A program made the position numbers and the translations under genes. Of a DNA stretch of 64,000 nt, positions 18,258 through 27,734 are shown piece after piece; the first letter of the stretch is position 1, and each line of letters opens with the position of its first letter. The stretch spans positions 32,001-96,000 of the IMG/VR virus record IMGVR_UViG_3300035499_000522. The stretch is one strand, 5' to 3'. The notes under the pieces were generated by a model. The model made no database searches and was not told the origin of the DNA. It saw only the letters and a list, made by a program, of their open reading frames with translations. Origin of the DNA: a virus. Its lineage: Duplodnaviria > Caudoviricetes.

Positions 18258-18482
18258 ATGAAGAGAACAATTTGTATTTCAGACATTCGAGATATAACAA
18301 GTCTTTGCCATCAGGCACAGTCTATTAAGGGTGCAGTAGATGTATCCAAGGGTAAGTACTGCGTTGATGCTTGCTCGCTTATGGGTCTTCTTTCTATTGA
18401 CTTGTCAACAGGTGCGGACATAGAATACCCTGATGATGCGGCTAGTTTTGATAGCTTTTGCTCACTGTATGAAGTTAAGTAA
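18258..18482 (+). CDS. HPr-like protein
   Basis: VDACSLMGLLSIDL (Ser46 region). No recognisable His15 motif. Confidence 0.75.
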   Translation: MKRTICISDIRDITSLCHQAQSIKGAVDVSKGKYCVDACSLMGLLSIDLSTGADIEYPDDAASFDSFCSLYEVK

Positions 18483-18630
18483 TATAATATAGGACTAACC
18501 ACCCTATATTAACATATATTTTCACTCTTAAAAATAAAGTTACTATAAAGCAGTAACTTTATTTTTTTTATTTTTTATGTTATAATATATATGTAATAAA
18601 AAATAAGAAATATGAAAGAGGTTGATTAGA

Positions 18631-18984
18631 ATGAAAAAGAAAGAATATATTATTTCAGAATTTTATTGTACTCATTGCGGAGCCAAGGGCATGAGCCTCC
18701 CTCGAAATAGAGGTAAGCAGAGAGCCCCCGGTCATCTGAAGAATCTGTTTTGCTGCAATTGCCAGTGTCAGAGAAATCATGTTGAAATTAGACCCAATTG
18801 CCGCTACACAAAAGAAGATTTTGACTTAGAGTTTGAACTTGGAAGATATGTAGATGGCAATATTACCCCCATAGGTCAGTTGCCGCTTTGCAAAGAGGAT
18901 TGCCCTTATAATGTTAATGGAAGATGTTGGAACACAAATCATTCTTATGATTGTGATAAGAGAAAGGAAGATAGCAATGACTAA
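18631..18984 (+). CDS. Cys-rich zinc-binding protein
   Basis: CTHC, GHLKNLFCCNC...HVE. Confidence 0.7.
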   Translation: MKKKEYIISEFYCTHCGAKGMSLPRNRGKQRAPGHLKNLFCCNCQCQRNHVEIRPNCRYTKEDFDLEFELGRYVDGNITPIGQLPLCKEDCPYNVNGRCWNTNHSYDCDKRKEDSND

Positions 18985-19495
18985 GAAATTTCGTTATCCT
19001 AATGAATTAATTTTCGTAGTAGGGGCACCCGGTTCTGGTAAGTCTACATATTTAAAAGAACACGCAAATGAGTATTCTTCAAATTATAAAATTATTTCAA
19101 GAGATAAAATAAGATTTTCAATGCTTGACAAAAATGATGATTACTTTAATAAGGAAGATGCAGTATTTAAGGAATTTATTAAGCAGATTTATGAAGCATT
19201 ACTTGATGGATATGATGTATTTGTAGATGCCACTAATTTAAATAAAAAATCAAGAAGAAAAACATTAAAAGCTTTATTAAACTACAATTCTGAACATTTA
19301 GAAAATGGAATAATGCTGGTATCCCTTTCCGCAATTTATTTTGATACTTCTCTTGAAACTTGCTTATATAGAAACAATAAAAGAACAGGAAGAGAATTTG
19401 TACCTAAGTCTATTGTAAAACGTATGTATTTTTCTTTAGAAAAGCCTACAAAAGAAGAAGGGTTTGATATAGTATGGAAAGCGAAGGAGGATTAA
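18977..19495 (+). CDS. P-loop polynucleotide kinase (AAA_33)
   Basis: GAPGSGKST, SRD.IR, DATN, RN..R.GR..VP. Confidence 0.85.
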   Translation: MTKKFRYPNELIFVVGAPGSGKSTYLKEHANEYSSNYKIISRDKIRFSMLDKNDDYFNKEDAVFKEFIKQIYEALLDGYDVFVDATNLNKKSRRKTLKALLNYNSEHLENGIMLVSLSAIYFDTSLETCLYRNNKRTGREFVPKSIVKRMYFSLEKPTKEEGFDIVWKAKED

Positions 19496-19496
19496 G

Positions 19497-20075
19497 ATGT
19501 CAGATATCTGGTTTACAAGTGATTTACATTTAAACCATAATAAAGATTTTATTTATAAAGCAAGAGGATATAATTCAGTAGAAGAAATGAATGAAGCCTT
19601 AATTGAAAATTGGAATAAAGTAGTAAAAAAGACTGATATAGTTTATGCTTTAGGCGATATAATGCTTGGTGATAAACTTGCGGGAATGAGATATTTATAT
19701 AGGCTTAATGGTAAAATTATCGTCATCATTGGCAACCACGATACTGATGCCCGCATTAGAATTTATGAAATTGTACATAATATAATAGATGTAAAATATG
19801 CAGATAGAATAAAAATTGACAAATACAATTTTTGGCTTTCTCACTATCCTACTAATACAATTAATTTTGATTATGATGCAAATAAGCCTCTATCTTATTT
19901 AGTGTTGAATCTTCATGGGCATACTCATCAAACTACTAACTTTATAAATGATAATTATACTCAATATCATGTAGGAGTAGATTCACACAACAATACACCT
20001 GTTGCCGCAGAAGATATTATTAAAGAAATTAAGGAATGTAGAGATAGGGCAAATATTAATAAAATTATTACTTAA
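19497..20075 (+). CDS. Calcineurin-like metallophosphoesterase
   Basis: SDLH, LGD, GNHD, SHYP, HGHTH. Confidence 0.9.
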   Translation: MSDIWFTSDLHLNHNKDFIYKARGYNSVEEMNEALIENWNKVVKKTDIVYALGDIMLGDKLAGMRYLYRLNGKIIVIIGNHDTDARIRIYEIVHNIIDVKYADRIKIDKYNFWLSHYPTNTINFDYDANKPLSYLVLNLHGHTHQTTNFINDNYTQYHVGVDSHNNTPVAAEDIIKEIKECRDRANINKIIT

Positions 20076-20123
20076 TTTATCATTTATATTAAGAAATAAT
20101 TTCTAAGCAAAGGAGATAAAAAT

Positions 20124-21335
20124 TTGAGTAAATTTTTTCTTGATACAAATATTTTGCTTGATAATAATGTAGAATCTATTGTTGAAAATAATGAATTTTA
20201 TGTTAGTATTATCACATTACAAGAATTAGAGCATATCAAAACTTCTTTTAATAAAGACGAAAGTACAAAAGAAAAAGCAAGAAAAGCGTTGCATTTTTTA
20301 AAAAACAATGAAAATAGACTTCATATAGCAAGTCCATTTGCTGTAGATTCTAATGAATTAAATCATAATAATGATGAATTGATTATTAGTTCAATATTAA
20401 ACTTAGATAAAAAAGATATAACTTTTGTAACAAAAGATTTAGCTTGCTATATGATAGCAAAAAACTATAATATAAATGTATTATATCCTGAAAAGAAAAT
20501 AGAAGAATATCACGGATATAAAGAAATGCGGCTATCACAGGAAGAGGCTGCCGAATTCTATGCTAATGGATATGAAGAAAACAAATATAAACTCTTGAAT
20601 AATGAATATTTAATAATTGCAGATGAATTTGGAAATATATTTGACCATTATAAATATTCAGACAATCAACTTATAAAAGTACCATATACAAAATTTAATT
20701 CTAAAATGTTTGGTAAAATTGTACCTAAAGATGTTTACCAAGAATGTCTTTTGGATAGCTTTAATACAAATAAAGTAACATTAGTAGGCGGACCTGCGGG
20801 CTCAGGTAAAACATTCATGTCACTCGGCTATTTATTCTACTTGCTTGAAAAAGGTGAAATAGATAGAATAGTTATTTTCTGCAATCCAGTTGTCGCTAAA
20901 AATGCCGCAAAGCTCGGATTTTATCCGGGAACCGTGTTGGAGAAGCTACTATCGACGCAAGTTGGAGCCGTACTGTCAAGTAAGCTTGGTGATATTACAG
21001 AAGTTGAAAGATTGGTAAATCAAGGTTCATTGGTTCTTATGCCAGCTGGAGATTCACGCGGCTACGAGGTTCCCGCACATTCTGGTGTATATATTATGGA
21101 AAGTCAAAATCTTGATATTGTACTTTTGAGAATGATACTTCAAAGAATAGGCGAAGATTGTATCACAATAGTAGATGGTGATAGAGAAGAGCAAACCGAT
21201 ATGGAAATTTATGCTAATGATAATAATGGTATGGCTAGAATGTCAGAAGTATTCAAAGGTTCAAAAATATTTGGTCAAGTAGATTTAAAATATATTTATC
21301 GTTCTGAAATTGCATCTATTGCAGATTATATGTGA
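20124..21335 (+). CDS. phoH: PIN-PhoH family protein
   Basis: LDTNIL PIN N-terminus, GPAGSGKT, LGFYPG, ESQN, GD..Q.D. Confidence 0.85.
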   Translation: MSKFFLDTNILLDNNVESIVENNEFYVSIITLQELEHIKTSFNKDESTKEKARKALHFLKNNENRLHIASPFAVDSNELNHNNDELIISSILNLDKKDITFVTKDLACYMIAKNYNINVLYPEKKIEEYHGYKEMRLSQEEAAEFYANGYEENKYKLLNNEYLIIADEFGNIFDHYKYSDNQLIKVPYTKFNSKMFGKIVPKDVYQECLLDSFNTNKVTLVGGPAGSGKTFMSLGYLFYLLEKGEIDRIVIFCNPVVAKNAAKLGFYPGTVLEKLLSTQVGAVLSSKLGDITEVERLVNQGSLVLMPAGDSRGYEVPAHSGVYIMESQNLDIVLLRMILQRIGEDCITIVDGDREEQTDMEIYANDNNGMARMSEVFKGSKIFGQVDLKYIYRSEIASIADYM

Positions 21336-21395
21336 AAATAAGGAAGCTTAAATTAATAAGCTTCCTTTTATTATATATAGAAAGGACTGATTTAT

Positions 21396-21818
21396 TTGTC
21401 TTGGGAACATAAACGCACAAAAGCAGTTAAAAGAATTGAGCGTAAAGAACAAGAATGGCAAATTGAAAAAGACCTTTTACAAAGAGAAAGTAAAATTAAA
21501 CAAGAGAAGTAGGAATTTGCAAAATCTAATAAAATGTCTACTTCAAAAAAATTAATATTGTTTTTATTCATTAATTGTACAATTATTGAATTATTTACAA
21601 TATTCGTAACTTTAAAAAGCTTCACATTGGCGGCAGCTACTGGATTAGCAGTTGATTTTACCCCTTTGGTTACCTTAATAGGTGCAATAGTTGGAGAGGT
21701 AATAGGATTTGCTATATATTCACTCAAAGCTGTAAGAGAAAATTGCTAGGGCGGAATCATATATGACCAAGCTATGTAGCAATATATAGAAGATAATGAT
21801 GAAGAACCTAAAGGATAA
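21396..21818 (+). CDS. Two-TM membrane protein in the lysis module (3 TAGs)
   Basis: TTG start with RBS, TM helices, ENC(Q)GGIIYD, ends at TAA 21816-21818. Confidence 0.7.
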
Positions 21819-21830
21819 GGAGAATGAAAT

Positions 21831-22181
21831 ATGATAGAATTTTTAGCTAGTTATTGGTTTATTTTAGTTGCGGCGTTGGCTGTCGGCGCAGTAGCAGGTG
21901 CCGCAATTTTTTATTTTGTTAAACTTCCTTCAAAGGAACAGCTTAATAAGGTAGAGGAATGGCTTTTATATGCAGTAACAGAGGCAGAGAAACAATTAGG
22001 TTCAGGTACTGGTTAGATTAAACTTAGATATGTATATGACCTTTTTATGACCAAATTCCCGGCTGTTGCGAAGTTCATTTCCTTCGACACATTTAGCTCT
22101 CTTGTTGATAACGCATTGACAAAATTTAAAGCCCAATTGGAACAAAATTCTGCTTTACAGGATTATGTTTCATCTAATTAA
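21831..22181 (+). CDS. Holin-like protein (one TAG)
   Basis: N-terminal TM, WLLYAVTEAEK.LGSGTG(Q)IKLRYVYD, directly upstream of the endolysin. Confidence 0.8.
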
Positions 22182-22195
22182 AAGGTGAATTAAAA

Positions 22196-23797
22196 ATGGC
22201 TAACAATAGCTTAGTTAATGAATAGCAAATTTGGGATTATTTCAAACAAAAAATTAATAATGATTTTGGTGTTGCTGCATTAATGGGTAACTTAAAAGCT
22301 GAATCAGGTCTGCAATCAAATATATTGCAGACCTCTTTTGTTTCTAAATTGTCTTTAACAAGTGAAGAATACACTAAACACGTTGATAACAAAAGTTATA
22401 CAAACTTCACTAATGATGGGGCGGGGTATGGGTTGGCACAATGGACTTATCATACACGCAAATAGGCTTTATTAGATTATGCTATTTCAAAAAATAAATC
22501 AATAGGCGATTTAGAAATGCAAATGGAATTTTTATACAAAGAATTACAAGAATCATTTCCCAAAGTATTAAATAGTTTAAAAAATGCTTCTACTATTTTT
22601 ACTACTTCTAATATAGTACTAACAGAATTTGAAAACCCAAAAGATTAGAGTATTGCTGTTCAGATAAAAAGAAGTACATATGCTCAAGAAATATATGATA
22701 AATATTCAAGAGTAAATGTAAATGGAGGTAAAGAAATGGCAGATTCAATTAAGATTATATAGAAATTTAATACGAGAAATACAACTCCATTAGCTAATAG
22801 AAAAATTGAGTGGATTGTATTTCATTATACCGCTGGAACAAGTTCTAAAAAAGGAAGTGCAGAAAGCCTTGCTAATGGCTATGCAACTAATATGGTTGCT
22901 TCCTCTGATTTTACTGTTGACGATGAAACTATTGTATAGTATAATCAAGATATTAAAAATAGATACACTTGGGGAGTTGGAGGAGCTAAATATACCACAA
23001 TGACAACTTCTCTTGGCGGTTAGTATTATGGCAAATGCACCAATAGCAACTGCATAAATGTTGAAGTATGTAGCAATAAAACTAATAAAAGTTCTTTATA
23101 GGCTACTGATACAGATTGGTATTTTACAGATGCGGAAATAGAATTGTCAATATTATTGATTAGATATTTAATGAAACAATATAGTATTGATATAAATCAT
23201 GTTATAATGCATCACTAGGTAACTGGTAAGATATGTCCTAATCCTTGGACAGTAAATGAAAGTAGACTTAGTAATTGGTATAATTTTATAGCAAAAATAA
23301 AAGCAGCTAGCGTGCCAACGGTAACATATACAAGTGCGGCAACTACGTCTACTACTTCTAGTACCTCGACCAATACTTCCAATACCAGTTTTCCCGCAGT
23401 TCCATTTACAGTTAGCGTAATTGTATCAGATTTAAATTATAGAAGTCAACCTTCTATGTCAGGTACAATTAAAGGATAGACTGGTAAAGGTACATTTACA
23501 ATTACACAGGTATCTAATGGATGGGGAAAACTTAAATCTAATGGTTATTGGATTTATTTAGAAAACAAAAACTATTGCACTATTGGTAAAACAGTAAGTA
23601 CAACTACAAGTACAGAATATAAAGTAAAAGTTACTGCTAATGTTTTAAATGTAAGAGCGGGTGCGGCAACTACATATAAGGTTACTGCATAGATTAAAAA
23701 AGGTGAGATTTATACAATAGTAGAAGAGAAGAATGGCTGGGGTAAATTAAAATCTGGTATAGGCTGGATTTCATTAAATTACACTGAAAAAGTTTAA
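22196..23797 (+). CDS. Modular endolysin: phage-tail lysozyme, amidase_2 and two SH3b domains; about 10 in-frame TAGs
   Basis: MGNLKAES...GYGLAQWT, IVFHYTAG...HH(Q)VTGKICP, two LN.R..P/A...GWGKLKS repeats. Confidence 0.88.
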
Positions 23798-23802
23798 TAT
23801 AT

Positions 23803-23842
23803 AGGCAAGTATATAGAATTTATATACTTGCCTTTTTCTTTT
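23803..23842 (+). terminator. Terminator after the endolysin
   Basis: aggcaagtatata / tatatacttgcct plus U-tract. Confidence 0.75.
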
Positions 23843-23938
23843 TCCTTTAAGGAAGAAATCATTTGACTTCAAAAAAATTTTTTGTTATAATTATAAAGGG
23901 ATTTGAAATTAAGGCAAAGAAAGGTCAGAGGTATAAAG

Positions 23939-24172
23939 ATGCTTATAAATAAAGATAATATTAATAAATATATATTAGATATTAAAGAAAATAATAATAT
24001 TGATTTAAAAGAATTAAGAGAAGATGATATAGTTATATTTCATTTTAATTACTTTGATTATACTCCACAAGAACTTCAACATATGTTTGATATTGTTCGT
24101 AGAGATTTAAATTGTAAAGTAGTTTTTATACCAAATAATATAGATATTGAAATCAAGAATGAAAAAAATTAA
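23939..24172 (+). CDS. Hypothetical protein
   Basis: GAGG RBS and upstream promoter. Confidence 0.6.
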   Translation: MLINKDNINKYILDIKENNNIDLKELREDDIVIFHFNYFDYTPQELQHMFDIVRRDLNCKVVFIPNNIDIEIKNEKN

Positions 24173-24265
24173 TATAACATTGAATAACATATCTTTTAAT
24201 TGAAAAATATTAAAAGATATGTTATAATTATTATATAAGAAAAATAAGAAAGGAAATAAAGATTA

Positions 24266-27200
24266 ATGGAAAGATATGATATTAATTCAATTGAATCTTT
24301 AACGACCTTGGAAGGATTTAGGCTACGTCCGCAAATGTATCTTGGAAGTAATGATATTGAAGGTACATATCAAGCGTTCAAAGAAATCCTTAATAACTCA
24401 ACAGATGAAAGTCTTGAAGGTTATGGTACTAATATTTATGTTACAGTAAATGAAAAAACAAATGAAGTAAGTGTTCTTGATGAAGGTAGAGGCGTTCCAT
24501 TTGGCATAAGAGAAGATGGCGAAAATGTCTTAGTTTCAGTTTATACTAAACTTCACGTTGGCGGCAAGTTTAATCATAAGAATTATTCCAATAGTGCAGG
24601 TATGAATGGTTGCGGCGGCAGTGCAGTTTGTGCAACCTCTTCTAAGTTTACTGTTGTTAGTTATAAAGATGGCAAAATGGCAACTGCGGAATTTGTAGAA
24701 GGAGTAAATACCTCTTATAAGGAAGAAAAGACCGACCATATAAATGGTACATATGTACGATTCACGCCAGATAAAAAGGTTTTTTCACTTGAAGAAATTC
24801 AGTATTCTTTTGATAGAATTTGTAAGGAAGTAGAAAATTCAAGTTTCTTTAATAAAAAGGTTAATTTCTATGTAACTAATGAAGAAACAAATGAAAAGAA
24901 ACATTATTATTCTGAGAATGGCATTGCAGACTTTATTAAAGACAAAGTTAAAAAGCCTTTAATGAAGAAGCCCATTATTTGTACGGCTAAAGATGAAGAA
25001 GATGAAATTGAAATAGCATTTATTTGGTCAAGCGATATTTCGCAGTCTTATGTTTTTGTCAACGGGCTCTTTTGTGTCGAGGGTGGAAGCCCTATAACGG
25101 GAGCTAAAACCGCCATCACAACTCAGTTTAAGAAGCTAAGCGGTAAGGAATTTGACCCAGAGTTGATAAGAAAAGGTCTTGTATATGCAATTAATTGTAA
25201 GGTTAAAAATCCTTCATTTGCAAATCAGACTAAATCAAAAATTAACAATCCTAATTTGAGAACTTTAGCTTCACAAGCATTTAAAGATGGTTTGACAATG
25301 TTTTCAAAGACACCAGATTTTAATGCTATTGTTGAAATGCTTAACAAGGTTCAGAAAGCGGAAGATGCCGCAGACCGGGCAAGAAAGCAAATTCTTGAAA
25401 CCGGTAAAGAAATTGAAAGAAATCAACATAAGAAGGTTTTTAATTCAGATAAATTAAAAGATGCGAAGAACTTAGGCAAAGATTCTGTACTCTTGATTGT
25501 AGAGGGAAATTCGGCTGCAGGAGGCATCGCTAATGCAAGAGATTATAAGAAGTACGGTATCTTGGCAGTAAGAGGTAAAATGCTTAATTGTATCCGTAAT
25601 AATGATGAAAAAATTGCACAAAATGAAGAGATTACGCTTCTTTTAAAAGCTATGAATATAGTGCCCGGTAAGTATGATAGTAAGAAGCTTCGATACGGGA
25701 AAATTGGCATCTGCACAGATGCAGATAGTGACGGTCAAAGAATAATGATGGCCGATGAAAAACTTTTCGCCTAACATCAAGGCGGGTAATATCTAAGAGA
25801 TATTGCTAACGGGGAAGCCTAAACTAAAATAGCATGGTAATCCCGTGGCAAACTTTTATTCTTTATATCTGTTTAATATATAAAGAATAATTGAAGCTGT
25901 ATCGACTATTCCCTAAGTCTTATGGGCAGGGAAGTAGGGCTGCTATTGATACGCAGCAGCATTTTAGGAAACGAATTGCTTTAAATGCCGAAATGGTTTC
26001 CTTTCTCATAAAGAGAAAGTAAAAGTTAGTCAGTGCTAATAGAAATATTAGATAAAACGTATCACATTGGGTTACTGGTGATGTCAGTTCTACGGTATTT
26101 AGCTCCTCAATTCTTGGAAGAGGGCAGATTATGCTGGCTCCGCTCACCACTTTATATAGTAAAAAATGGTAAGAAAGAAAGTTATTATTTCACAGATGAA
26201 GAAATGAATGCAGCAAGAAGTTCAATAACTGGTGAGGTGCAAAGAAATAAAGGGTAAGAGATAGTCTGGCCCTCAGATGTTTTTCCGCTTATCGGCGGGG
26301 TTAAAAGAATAAAATCTTTTAGCTAACGAGGTAGTCTAAATTTTTATTTTCTATTAAAAAATCTTGGTTAATTTAGGTTAACCTAATTTTAATAAAATTT
26401 TTATATAATAGAAAATAAAAACACGATAATCTCGTGGGAAGAAGGAGATTTTATTCAATGAGTATTGGAATTTATAAATTTGAGAACAAAATTAATGGTC
26501 ATATCTACATTGGACAAAGTTTAGATATTGAAAGAAGATATAAATAGCATATATACGATTCTAATAATTTAGATTCAAGGAATGGCTGCGGTGTAGATTA
26601 TGCAATTAATAAATATGGAATAAACAATTTTAATTTTTCTATTGTTGAATTATGTGAAGTAGAAAAGCTTGATGAAAAAGAGAAATATTGGATTTCTTTT
26701 TACAATTCTTTTGAAGAAGGATATAATAGAACTATTGGAGGAAAATCCCTTAGAGGAGAAGACCATCCTAGAGCACTCTTATCAGAAAAAGAAGTATGGG
26801 ATATTCGTGAAGAATATGCAAAAGGAACTCTTAGGAGTAAAGCAATAGCACCTTATATTGAAAAAGGATTTAGCGAAAGAAGTTTAATAAAAGTATGGAA
26901 TAATGAAACATGGATTGGCGTTCATAGTGATGTATATAATAAAGAAAATAAAGAAAAACATAAAAATCAATCTATACCCTCTAATTTTGTAGGAATAAAT
27001 AATGAACAAAGAGGATATTCAAAAGAAGAAGTAAATTTAATGTTAAATGATTATAAATCTGGAATGACTATTAATGCTATAGCTAAAAAATACCATCACG
27101 ATAATAATACAGTAAAAAAGTATTTATTAAATCCTAATTTTAAGCCAACAAATTCTTCAAATCAAGGTAGAAAAGTTAAAAATATTGAAACTCAATTAAC

Positions 27201-27670
27201 CTTTAACTCCATATCTGCTGCGGCAAGATGGGCAAAATGTGGAGCAACAACTTTATCAAATCATTTAGCTAGCGATGGAGCGGCTGGAAAAATTCCAAAT
27301 ACAAATGAAATAGCTCATTGGATAGAATTGAATTAACCTGTATCGACCATTCCCGTTGTTGGGAAGTACCGCTACTATTGATACGTAGTTTGATTTTAGG
27401 AAACGAAGTCAATTAAATGGGGAAACGGCATCCTCTTTTAATAAAGAGAAGAAATGGTCAGTATCTTTAGAAATAAAGAAATAATACGTAGGCGCCCTGT
27501 CACCAGAGCAAGCGAGAAGGTCAATGTTCACTCCTGAATTTCAGAGAATGGATACTTTAGTTTACTCGCAAGAAGCTATTGAATTATTGGATTATTTAAT
27601 GGGCGAAGAAGTTGACTTTAGAAAAGATTTTATCTTTAATAATGTTGATTTTAGTGAAATAAAAGAATAA
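24266..27670 (+). CDS. gyrB: Type IIA topoisomerase subunit B; exons 24266-25735, 26060-26255 and 27489-27670
   Basis: LRPQMYLG, DEGRGVP, VEGNSA, RGK. Splicing restores DADSDG|YHI and NKG-T|TA-GAL (KGLG). Confidence 0.92.
25736..26059 (+). mobile_element. Group I intron without ORF in gyrB
   Basis: Exon ends in U, P1 cggtca/tggccg with U-G at the junction, intron ends in G, core elements shared with the other two introns. Confidence 0.88.
26256..27488 (+). mobile_element. Group I intron in gyrB carrying a GIY-YIG homing endonuclease
   Basis: P1 agggt/gccct, terminal G, splicing restores KGLG. Confidence 0.88.
26458..27336 (+). CDS. Intron-encoded GIY-YIG homing endonuclease (one TAG at 26545)
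   Basis: GIYKFENKINGHIYIGQS, RY K(Q)H, GYN, AAGGAG RBS. Confidence 0.88.
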
Positions 27671-27734
27671 TCTTTATTTACTTTAAAAATTATGATATAA
27701 TTAATATATAATAAAAAAGAAAGGAATATTGTAA

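Noticed and set aside
18258-18482. HPr-like protein as a novel host-takeover factor
   Set aside because: His-less HPr-like proteins are common in Clostridia and their phages. Kept as a feature only.
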